A stretch of 64,000 nt of DNA, taken from the NCBI GenBank assembly GCA_051942245.1, contig JAVECL010000046.1:1-64000 (forward strand), written 5' to 3'. The position numbers and the translations under genes were made by a program. The notes beneath the pieces are model-generated. The model did no database searches and was not told where the DNA came from. It was given only the letters and a program-made list of their open reading frames with translations. The first letter of the stretch is position 1. Each line of letters starts with the position of its first letter. Shown here piece after piece: positions 23,403-35,104 of this stretch. Origin of the DNA: Trypethelium eluteriae. Taxonomy: Eukaryota.

Positions 23403-24842
23403 ATGCTGCTTGCACGCGCGGCAGCAGCGCACAAGGTGATGTTTTGCAGATTGCGGCAATATCCCCTTATTGTCGTCGTTGGCGCAACGGGGACAGGCAA
23501 GTCGCAAGTACGGGTCCTTGTTCTGCGTGTTTTCACAACAATCTTGGGCGCTGATCACAGCAGATAGCTTGCCGTTGAATTAGCGAAGAGATTCGATGGA
23601 GAAATCATTAATGGTGATGCCATGCAGCTTTACCGCGGTCTACCGATTATCACCAACAAGATTTCCGTAGAGGAGCAACAGAGCATCCCACATCATCTTC
23701 TTGGACAGATAGATCTGGACGAGGAACCATGGGTTGTGAGCAAATTTGTGCAAAACGTGTCTGCCATAATCGCGGAGATCCGCTCCAGAAACCGTCTTCC
23801 TATATTAGTCGGCGGAACGCACTACTATACGCAGTCTCTCCTTTTCCAGGATTCCACTGTGGTGACAAGACCTAATATATCTGAAGCCTGTGGCTCGCAA
23901 CCCAACATCCGTCAGGAGCATCCCATTCTTAATGCGGAGACTGCGACTATCTTGGAGAAGCTACGGCAGGTGGATCCAGTCATGGCTGATCGGTGGCATC
24001 CAAACGACCGTCGTAAGATCCAACGATCATTAGAGATCTGGTATCAGACTGGCATTCCAGCATCTAGAATCTATCAGGAGCAGACCCAGCAGAGGAGCGG
24101 CGGTCAGAATAGCAAGGTTCAAGGCGAGGACGCTCCCGGACCTACTTCGTTACGATTCCCTACGCTGTTGCTCTGGGTTCATGCAGAATCAGAAGTTCTA
24201 CGAGATCGACTCGATAGGCGCGTAGAGAAAATGATGCAAGACGGCCTACTTGTCGAGGTCAATTCGCTCGAATCATACCGTCGCAGCCAAGAAGCAGCAG
24301 GAATGACCGTGGATCGGACACGAGGAATATGGCAGTGCATCGGGTATAAGCAGTTCGTACCGTTCCTAGAGGCACGAGATGGCCACAAATCGTCGGAAAC
24401 AGTTGAGAAGCTCAAGGCCGAAGCTGTCGAACAGACACAAGCTGCGAATCGGCAGTACGCCAAACGGCAGATTCGATGGATCCGTATCAAACTTCTGCAT
24501 GCTCTCAGATTCGTGGGCGCTGAGAAATATCTGTATCTCCTAGATGGAACAAATCCAGACGCTTGGCAGACTGCTGTTTACGACCAAGCCGTGAAATTGA
24601 CTAGACGATTCTTGGAAGGCTCACCGGAGATGCCTTCTCCATCAGAGTTGTCTGTGGCTGCCCGAGAGATGTTACAACCAAAGAGAGAATATGACATGAG
24701 CAACCGACCCGACCTTTGGCAGAGACGAACTTGCGAGGTCTGTAATGTTACGAGCGTTACCGAGAGCGACTGGACTCAGCATGTCAAAAGCAAAGGTCAC
24801 CGGAGGGCCGTCAAGAATAAGTTGCAATTGGATGCGGGATGA
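23403..24842 (+). CDS. MOD5: tRNA dimethylallyltransferase (~459 aa, 2 exons)
   Basis: Exons 23403-23507 and 23568-24842. GATGTGKSQLA P-loop, INGDAMQLYRGLPIITNK, VGGTHYY, HPNDRRKIQRSLE, IGYKQF, RQYAKRQIRW, and C-terminal zinc finger CEVC...HVKSKGH. Confidence 0.96.
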
Positions 24843-26353
24843 CAACAAGACTGACTAGCCAAAGCATGGCTAAAACATGATATTTCCCACGGTTGAAAGC
24901 AATTGTCCGTTTGGAGCGGGACTATACGGGCAGGCACCCATACATGACAGAGCGGCAAATTGGGGCACGCCGGGCCCTTTCCTCGTCAACAGGTCATGCA
25001 AGAGAAGGATGGCAGTACTTCATTCGCCGGGATGGTCGAATGGTTATTAGCACCATCGTCTCTGAATTCTGGCTCGGTCTCGGTATCTTCAGTCCTTATC
25101 TGCAGTGGCCTAGTATGCTCCTTCTCCAGACGAGTGCAGCTCCTGTGCAGAGAAGCATCGTTGCTGGATTGTGATTTCTAGAGTAAGAGTTTCAGGCCCA
25201 CCATTCAGTTGTCCATCGGAGGATGGCTTGACAGCTCTAACAGTCCCTGAGTCCTTGTGGAAGGCTCTCTCTGCGATGTGCTTAGCCTCCTTCTATAGAT
25301 AACCATTCTACTCGATTCAGAATGCTGATGAAATGTATCAAAGAGGTCAGTATATCGGCGCTAATTTATCTGATCTCTATCTGGCCTTACGTGGCCTAGA
25401 TAGATGATGAATTTCATGCATTTCCGGAGCATGTCGTAAATTTGGCTGATTATTTTGTAACGGGACTTTACGCGATGTGTCGGGTATATACGAAAGTAAA
25501 TAAACCTGGACTTGTGTGAAAGAGAGTACTAACTGTATACCTTTCGAGATGCAGTCCGGTGGGTACGGTAGGCTCCGAAATTGGATGCAAAATGCTATCC
25601 AATGAAATGCTACGGAGTACTCCGCAAATGTCAGGAAATTTCCATTGCCCCTGTGAATCCTATCTTGCGGGACCTGCCCAAGGATTCCACGTCCACCAAG
25701 AACCTCGACATACTCCGTACCGTGCACTCTCCAGGTGCCTCATTTCAAGCCGCAATCGCGCCGACCCGCCCTCCACCAAACGCGGGGTTGACAGTCCAGA
25801 AATCTCAGGGGACGTGGCGAAAACGTTGTGGATCGTAATCTACTTCCACCGCAGGCACACAGCAGACTGCAGTTTGCTCTCTTCCTCTTGAAAGTCGTAT
25901 CATCCCTCTTTCCCTTGCAGATCCTCGGCTCTGGCGTGCGGTTTGTAATAGGCTTTGGCGGCGAAGGAGTATCGAGGGTGCAAATGTCGGGAAGGCTTGG
26001 CACGAAAGCGAATGATCGACAGGTTCTATTTCCTGTTCCTATAGCTAAGCTCCCCCGCCCAAGGGTCACTGTGGGTCTCGTGGGTTGCTGATGCTTGTCT
26101 TTCCCCTCGTCTCTACCAGTTTTAGAGATAACAGCTGCCAAGCCTGGTAACGGGCTTATCACTACGCGTCAACCATGCATCTTCAAGTCGCGATCAGTAG
26201 CACGACTTCACGGGACATGGTAGGATCATCTCTTGCGGCTCGACGGATCTACTGGATTACCCCTTATAAAGATCTCTGCATCACCCGCTATGGCTTGCTC
26301 TCCAGGCGGCTGGGAGTTTTCCAGCACCCGGTATTACTGTCGTATTTTCAGTC

Positions 26354-28291
26354 ATGGCCTCCTTACTCCTCGCCATCTCGCCGCTGCTCCAGATAGCCAC
26401 AGCGGCCTACTCCCCCGCCATCACGACTTATCAAGGACCAGCTCCACCTCATGTTACTGAGACTCATGGTCCTATCAGAGCATCTTATGCCCACCCGAAC
26501 CAGGCAACCTCTTCACTGACTGGCATCCCTTCCTACACTACTACATCAGCCTCGAGCTACTCCGTCGCGTACACTAATTCTACTTCGCCAGCAACTCCCA
26601 CTGCCACAGGAAATGGCACATTACCAGCTTGCAAGAAAATTCAATACAACTTTCCGGCCGGCCAAGGCGGTAACGCAACACGAGCAGCCGCCGTTGCGGA
26701 AGCCTATCAATATGCATGGAATGCGTACAGGCAGTATGCTTTTGGTAAGGACGAATTACTACCTCTGAATCGTTCTTATATCCAAGATTGGTATGGTTGG
26801 GGTGTTACAATTGTTGATGGCATTGACACCGCAATTGTGATGAACTTGACCGATATCGTCGAGGAACAGCTCGCCTATATACAGACTATCGATTTCACCA
26901 CAACTCCGTACGGTCCAGTCGAGATTTTCGATACCAGCATTCGCTACCTTGGCGGCTTACTATCTTCACACGATTTGCTCAAAAGTGGCCTTTTCCCGAA
27001 TAGTTACAACCAGGACCAGGTCAATGCGCTCCTCTCTCAGGCGGTCACTCTGGCAAACAAGATAGCATACGGCTTTGACACTACTACTGGTATTGCATCT
27101 ACCAACGTCAACTTTACGTCCAACACGCCTATTCAAGGAACCTATACGGTTGGCAATATAACCTACAACTCAACGAACACTGCTTCTGCTGGTACGTTCC
27201 TCTTGGATTGGCTTAGGTTGTCGGATCTGACAGGAAACGACACTTACCGGCAACTGGTTGAGCGAGGCGAGAGCTATCTGGTCAATCCAAACCCAGCACC
27301 TGCATATCCTGGCCTTGTTGGCACGCAGTTCGACGTAGATAGCGGTCGATTACTATCCTTCGATGGTGGCTGGCACTCTGGCGTCGACAGCTTCCTTGAA
27401 TACCTCCTCAAGAGCTACCAGTATGAGCAAACTCCCAGCACGACCCAGTACAAGAACTTCTGGCTGCAGGCTGTCCAATCAACAGTGGAAAACATCGCCT
27501 TGCACCCTTACAACTTCCCTGATCTGACATTCATCTCGGAACTCGATGTTAATGGGACTATTACGCAAACCATGGACGATTACAGCTGCTTTGCGGGTGG
27601 CAACTTCCTCCTTGGCTGCAAGTTCCTCGACATGCCCGAGCTCTGCGACCTGGGTGTTGCGGCCGCAGACGGCTGCCATCAAACCTACAATACCACTCTC
27701 ACAGGTCTGGGCCCGCTTTACTGGGGATGGTACAACTCCTCGAATGAGCAGTATGATCCGCTTGAGGATAACGACGCCGCAGCGCGTAAGTTTGCCGCCG
27801 AGTATGGGTACTTCATCGAGTATCAGGACGAAACCTGGGCAGATTTCCCCGAGAGTATCGAGAGCTGGTTCTATGCATACCGGATCACGGGAGATCCTCG
27901 ATGGGCGGAATATGTATGGGAGGTCTTCCTGGCTATTAACGAGACCGCGCGAAATGACGTCGCGTTCACACATGTCAACAACGTGAATATGCCATTTGGA
28001 GGTAGTCAGAGCAACGCACTTGATTCGTGAGTAAAGACCACTCGGCAGCGAAGCAAAATACTAACTAGTCTTCTTTTTTGCAGGTTCTTCTTTGCGGAGG
28101 TGCTCAAGTACATCTACCTCACTTTCGCTGATCCGAACGTCGTCAACCTGGAACAATTTGTATTCAATACCGAGTCTCATCCCCTTCTGGTACAGTGCGG
28201 AATCGGAGACATTGATGATAATTCTGGTGGGAATGCTACTGGCGCACCCTCGCGCAACGTTAGAAGGAAATTTGAGCATGCAGTCAAATGA
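26354..28291 (+). CDS. Secreted glycoside hydrolase family 47 (class I alpha-1,2-mannosidase-like), divergent active site (~626 aa)
   Basis: Signal peptide, S/T-rich linker, AWNAYRQYAFGKDELLP, IRYLGGLLS, DSFLEYLLK, PESIESWFYAYRITGD. Intron 28027-28083 is followed by SFFFAEVLKY...FNTESHP. Confidence 0.9.
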
Positions 28292-29358
28292 GATGAGATA
28301 ACTAGATGGAAAATCAATGATAAAGGGTGATTTAGGAAGAGTAGATGTTGGCTTGTACTTTGTATAGCGCTAATTGATGCCACACTCTATCACACTCTGC
28401 CACAGCAATGATGCCTTGGGTGTTCACAATTGGTTAATTCCTAGAATCAGCCGCTGCAAATGAATCAGAAAGCCAATCTTTGGAATATCATGTACCCAAG
28501 TGTGATGCATTTTGCAAAATATGCTCGAGCTCGTCCCAAAACGTGTCTCCCGGAGTGAATGAGCTTTCCCCTTTTCTTGAATCTTTGGGCATCAAGAGCC
28601 TTCTCTGTACTTGATAGGCACATCGCTCTCCTATGCCAACCCCCACTGTGGTCAATTTGCGTACTTACCTGGCTGAAAACTTACCGAATCGTCTACTCGC
28701 GAAAAAGATCTATCACACCTCACTGACCCTCGGCACCAAATTTTGCGCTGTCCTAACCATAATTACCCGGTCCCCTAGTGATTTCTGCTCTTCTACCCGT
28801 TCGGCCGCATTTTATTGCGAATGAATATGGCTTGACAGCATTCTGAGCAGTACGAGTGAGAGCAAGGACTGTGGAGCAGTTCGTTGATGGCATCTTGTCA
28901 GATATTCTTTTGCGCCCTTGTCCTACATTTATTGTTCATACATATTGGAGACTTCCCCAAACGTGCGAGGGTCAAAATTCCGCTTCCGCCCAATCGCACT
29001 AAGCCTTATGGCCCCGCATAAAAATCTTCTCATAACATCCGCCCACCATCCGTTCTCTCTCCCCACCTGTCGCGCGGCTGATCGCGCTAATGGACACCTC
29101 AAAGATTGAGAGCATCGTCATCAGATGCATGGCCAGATCCCTGTCTGCAGGGGCAGCTCTTACGCCGTGGTTGATTGATGGAAATAGAGCCGTTCGCTAG
29201 CCTAGTCTAGCAATGTATATATGTAAGTCATGATCATCGTCTAATTGGATTTACTTGTGTGGAAATTCCCTTTCACTTGCAGTCTTCATTTATATCAGTT
29301 TTCCGTTCTTTCCGCGAGATTTGTAGCAGGTGCCCACGGCAAGTCGCCGTTCAGCACG

Positions 29359-32300
29359 ATGCGTCTATTTAACCTATTGTTGAGTTTGCTTGGTACAACC
29401 ACGGCAGTCCTTGCAACTAATGATAACTACACTGATGTCGTAGCGTGGGATCCCTACAGTTTGATGGTCAATGGCAAGAGAGTGTTCATCTATTCTGGCG
29501 AATTCCACTACCCACGACTCCCGGTGCCGGAGTTGTGGATGGACGTCCTTCAAAAGTTTAAGGCAAATGGATTGAATGCGATAACGTAAGAAGCTGTTGT
29601 TATTTCACGTCCAAAGTTACTTTCGAAACTGACGATCCCGGAGTGTCTACTTCTTCTGGTCATACCATTCCGCTTCCAGAGACGTCTTTGACTTCACCAC
29701 TTCTGGCAAGGATATCCAACGCTTATTCGACATGGCAAAGGAGGTTGGGATGTACGTTATCGCAAGACCAGGCCCGTATATCAACGGAGAGGCAAATGCC
29801 GGTGGATTTGCGCTCTGGACAAGTGACGGAAGTGGAGGTAAACTCCGCACTTCGAATGACACGTACTACCAAGCATGGTTGCCGTGGGTGCAAGAGATCG
29901 GGAATATTCTGGCGAAAACCCAAATCACAGAGGGAGGACCCGTCATCCTGAATCAGATCGAAAACGAATTGCAAGAGACGGCGTATAGCGCCAACAATAC
30001 GCTCGTGCTTTACATGGAACAAATCGAGCAAGCGTTTCGAGAAGCAGGCATTATTATCCCATTCAGTAGCAACGAGAAAGGCGAACGCTCTGTAAGTTGG
30101 ACCACAGATTACCAGGATGTTGGCGGAGCTGTAAACGTCTATGGGTTGGATAGTTACCCCGGTGGATTCAGCTGCACTAACGTGAACTCGGGATTTAACG
30201 TGCTCCGAAACTATTTTCAATGGTTCTCCAATTATTCTTTCACACAGCCAAGCTTTCTCCCTGAATTTGAGGGAGGCTATTTCACGCCATGGGGGGGATC
30301 CTTTTACGATCAGTGTCTAGAAGAGCATGACCCGGCCTTTGCAGATGTGTATTACAAGAACAATATTGGACAACGAGTGACGATGCAGAGTATTTACATG
30401 GGATATGGCGGGACCAATTGGGGTCAAAGCGCAGCGCCTGTGGTGTATACTTCTTACGACTATTCTGCGCCGCTGAGGGAGACTCGTGAAGTGCAGGACA
30501 AATTTAAGCAGACAAAGCTCTTGGCCCTCTTTCTACGTGTCTCTTCAGACCTTTTGCAGACCGTGATGGAAAGCAATGGAACAGGAAATGCAGTTAGCAG
30601 TTCTGCCATTTGGAGTTGGGTCTTACGGAATCCAGATACCGGCGCCGGCTTCTACGTTGTTCAGCAGAATAACACCGTATCTCGAGATCCTCAGAATTTT
30701 TCCGTCTATCTGAACACATCAGCTGGCGCAGTTACGGTGCCGAATGTTCAGCTCAATGGCCGTCAGAGCAAATTCATCTTGACAGACTATCGATTCGCTA
30801 ATGAAACGTTACTGTACACATCTGCAGAAGTACTCACCTACGGTAATTTTGATGTGCCTGTGCTGGTCTTCTACCTTCAAAGTGGCCAAACGGGGGAATT
30901 TGCTTTCAAATCGGCATCAAAGCTTGACTTTCAGCTTTTTGGCACTCCTGCCAATTTGACGTCAAGCAAATCTACGTCGGGCAACAGCACCTTCGCCAAA
31001 TACACGTATACCCAGGCGAAGGGGTCCTCGGTCATTAAGTTCTCGAATGGAGTCCTGGCATACCTTCTCGACCTACCCTCTGCATGGACCTTCTTTGCCC
31101 CGCCCACGACACTTGACCCTAACGTTGGCCCTGATCAGCAAATCTTCATTCTGGGACCCTACAATGTACGAAATGCTTCTATTCAAGATAGTGTAGTTCA
31201 AGTCTCGGGAGACAACGCAAATACGACCTTCATAGAGGTCTTCACCGGCGATTCGTCCATTACACAAATCCAATGGAACGGCATCTTGCTTCCCACAACC
31301 CAGACTCCCTACGGCGCCCTCACCGCCCAAATTCCGGGCACCGAAAATCGTACCGTCACGCTCCCTACGCTCACGGACTGGAAAGTCAACAACTCCCTCC
31401 CCGAAGCCCAAGCCGGCTACAACGACGCAAATTGGACCATCTGCAACAAAACCACCACCCTCTCACCCGTCGCGCCTCTGACCCTGCCTGTCCTCTTCTC
31501 GTCCGACTATGGCTTCTACACAGGCATCAAGCTCTACCGGGGCTATTTCTCCGGCACCAACGCCACATCCGCCAACATCACGGTGCAAGGCGGTCTCGCA
31601 TCAGGCTGGTCTGCATGGCTGAACGGGGTGCTCGTAGGCGGCAACCCAGGGAACGCCTCACTCAGCGCCACCTCGGCGCTCCTGGACTTCTCCAACGCGA
31701 CATCGGTGGAGGAGGGGAACGTCCTGACGGTCGTGACGGACTATACGGGCCATGATGAGACTAGCACGGGGCCAGCCGGGGTGGAGAATCCGAGGGGGGT
31801 CTTGGGAGCGGTCTTGTATGGGCCTGGAAATGCGACGTTGGCGTTCGCACAGTGGAAGATCCAAGGGAATGCGGGGGGTTCGGCGAATATCGATCCCGTC
31901 CGGGGTCCGATGAACGAGGGAGGACTGTATGGGGAGAGGCTGGGGTGGCATCTCCCTGGTTTCGATACTTCGGGATGGGAAATGGGGAGTCCGATGGAGG
32001 GTCTGAATGCCTCTGGAGTGGCGTGGTATGTAACCACGTTTGAGCTGGATATTGACGAGGATTTGGATGTGCCATTAGGCATTGAATTGGATGCACCGAA
32101 TGGTACTACAGCGAGGGTGATGATTTTCATGAACGGGTGAGTATTTCAACGGTGGCGCCTTGTCCGTCAAACTTTCTTTGCTGACAGCTTCTAGATACCA
32201 ATACGGAAAGTATGTCCCACAAATCGGCCCGCAAACCAGATTTCCATTCCAGCCCGGCATCGTCAACAACCACGGAACAAATACTTTAGCAGTGAGTCTG

Positions 32301-32441
32301 TGGGCGCAGACTGAAGAGGGCGCCAGATTGTCGAATGCAACGCTATTTGCGTACGGGAAGTACCAGACTGGCTTCAATGTCAATCAAGACTGGAGCTATT
32401 TGCAGCCGACATGGACGGCCGACCGGCTGCTTTATGCATGA
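29359..32441 (+). CDS. Secreted beta-galactosidase, glycoside hydrolase family 35 (LacA/LacB type, ~988 aa, 3 exons)
   Basis: Exons 29359-29585, 29644-32136 and 32195-32441. Signal peptide, [24 protein letters not shown] (acid/base), PEFEGG (nucleophile), [28 protein letters not shown]. Confidence 0.95.
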
Positions 32442-32649
32442 TGGCCAATTTACTAATTAAGAATCACGTGAATAGCACAGCTATTAAGACCGAACACTGT
32501 AAAATATGTTCTGTGTTGACCATACGTGTATATATAAAAGAAGGCTATGCACGTCTAAAAGGGCTTGCAGGGAAGAGCGACCCATTGTGAGAAAGTAAAC
32601 TTCTAACCTTGACCTCAATTTCTCGCACCGCATTTTTGACAGGGACGCA

Positions 32650-33899
32650 TCATAGAGATTTTATCTTGTTCAAATACGTCGTGCCCGTCGCCGTCAACTG
32701 CCCCGTCGAGCTATCTATCAAAGGCCACACTGTCCCCAAGCCTTCCCCATTACTCGGTCCATACGCAACCACACTCCCGTTACTTTGAAAGAAATCCACC
32801 GCATCGCTGATAAATTGATCGATTTCCGTCTGGTCTGTGCACGGTGTAAATCCATCCTTGTCGTCCACGCACGCAAACTCCGACACCCAGATCGGCTTCT
32901 GGTATTTGGTCCAATAGTACCCGACATCTGCCTTCACGCCGTCGAGGCTGTTCTTGTTGACGTGGATGGAGGTGTACGTCCAATCGGCGTGGAGTAACGA
33001 GCTCCCCGTGGCGCTGTCCACGGAGAAGGGCGTCAGCCAGTCTTCGTCGTATTGCTTGCACATAGAGGGAGAGCCGAGAGCGGTGCCGTTGGAGGCGAGG
33101 GGCGCGAGCTTCTCGTTCCAGATGGAGGTGCCGTCGGAGGCGCTCATCTGGCTGCTGGAAGGGCAGCTGCAGTCGGGCTCGTAGAAGCCGAACATGAAGG
33201 GTGGGGCGGTGGTGAGGGAGTCGAAGGCTGACATGCGGGAGGCGTCGTCGGTGTCAGAGCTGCAGCTGACGCCGTCTCCCCAGAGCTGGCTGCTGAGTTA
33301 GTCTGGATCGAGAGCAGCGTGGAAGATGGGCTTGGTAGACTTGCCATTGGAATTCCCTTCACACTGCCTGAGTCTGCGGTGGTGGGCGTATAATCAGAAT
33401 ACCAGCTGATGTACGGAGCTAGATCCTTGAAGGCTTGCTTCGAGGCTATGCCGACGAATCCGGAAAGTCCGGCTTTGGACAAAAGAGGACTGGCAGTGGT
33501 AACATCGGAAGTGCTTGAACCAGAGGGCAGAATGGCGGTGCTGGCGGCGGCGGAAGCACTGTTTCTCCTGTTAGCAGGATTCCAACATAGGAAGACTTCG
33601 CTTTACGCTTGACTATATGTCGCCGACTCAGGTGCTGACGATGCGGCTTCGATATTCGCAATGGTAGTGCGCTGCGCGCTAACCTCAGTTGTAGCCACCC
33701 TGCTGGCCGTCGTGAAGACTGTCTTCAGGGTTGATGTTTGAGGTATTGTTCCCATACTGCCAGGTATCTCATGGCTCGAGTTGTGGTGCTGATGATGCGG
33801 CCATCCGTGCCGGTTGGCGTTCTCAGAGTCAAAAGCAGGCCAAGCTTCACTAGTAGCAGCAAACAGTGCAAAGGCACAGGCAGCGTATCTCAGGCTCAT
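32650..33899 (-). CDS. Secreted GH128 / Asl1-like beta-1,3-glucanase-family protein (~380 aa, 3 exons)
   Basis: Signal peptide and S/T/A linker; exons 33899-33607, 33558-33345 and 33285-32650. Motifs SWYSDY, IPMLWG (across a GC-AG intron), GFYEPD, LGSP, KPIWVSEFAC. Confidence 0.85.
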
Positions 33900-35104
33900 G
33901 TTGCTTATCTTTCACTTACAATACCCCAAGGGTGGGGACGAACGTAGACCCGGATTTTCTTCTCTAAAGAGTACAGGGGCAGAGAAACAAGAGTAATGCG
34001 GAGCGTCTTGCAAAGACGTCTTTAAGGAATGGATCAGAAGAATGAAAAGAGCCGATGGATCGAGTCGACAGAAATGAGTGTGATGGACAAAAAAGAACGA
34101 GCGAAGCGAAAGCGCAATGCCTATGGTACTAAAAGCTTCATCTTTGCAGACCTTTTGTAGTATCATGCGGAACGACGGATGCCTATGCCTTCCCTACAAC
34201 AACACTGTCTCCACCGATTGCTATTAAAACATCGACTTACCGGCAGTGGACTTGCTAAGGGATGAAGGTCAATTTTACGGTCGTTCACATACGGCCGATG
34301 CGGCGGTTGGTGGAGAAGTAGCTTGTTTCAAAACGAATCCTTCGGCAACGTCGGAGTTGAGGTCGCACTTCCGACTGTAAAGGTTGAGTGATTCATGCAA
34401 TGAAGGTTTGTGCTCAAGGCACGGTCCGCATTTGGAGAAGACAAAAGCTTGGAATTGTAAGTTTTTTTTTTCCTCCTTGTTTTTTCGCACCGTTATCCAA
34501 GATAAGCTACCTTGCAAGCTTTATCTACAGAGTCTGCGGAGCTCTGTCAGGCTGTCTCGAATCCAGATATCTCAAGGAAACACAACCAGACAGTTTGAAA
34601 GCTTGACGAGCGCCTCTCTCTTCCCTCCCATGAAGGCGAGAGAAGGATGCAAACTCTCTCCCAGGGGCACGTGCAATTGTCTTCAACACTGGGACTCTAA
34701 GCGTGCCAAAAAGCGTAAAGTGGAAAGAAGAGTGAACGAGGAGGAAAAGACCAATGCTTGCTGGAGTGAAGTTTTTGTTTTTATGAAAATCTCAAACTTT
34801 TTATCAGGTTGAGGTGGCCTGCAATTGGGTGTTCCGTGATTTTCTGTCATCCACGTGCCTCCGCAATCTCCGGGCATGTGTGGTATACCATACCATCATC
34901 CTATCCTACGTGTCATATGAATCCGGAAACGAACAGTATTTCACGAATTTCTATTCGAACAGTATTTTGAAGAGGCGAATTACTAGCAGAAATTGTTTAT
35001 TAATTATTCGACCATCGACATAGGAATGTTGTGAGTAGGATGCGTTGGATTCCTCCGCAACCCTCTATCTACTCTCCATTTATGGCGTTGCCAGCTCGCT
35101 CACC

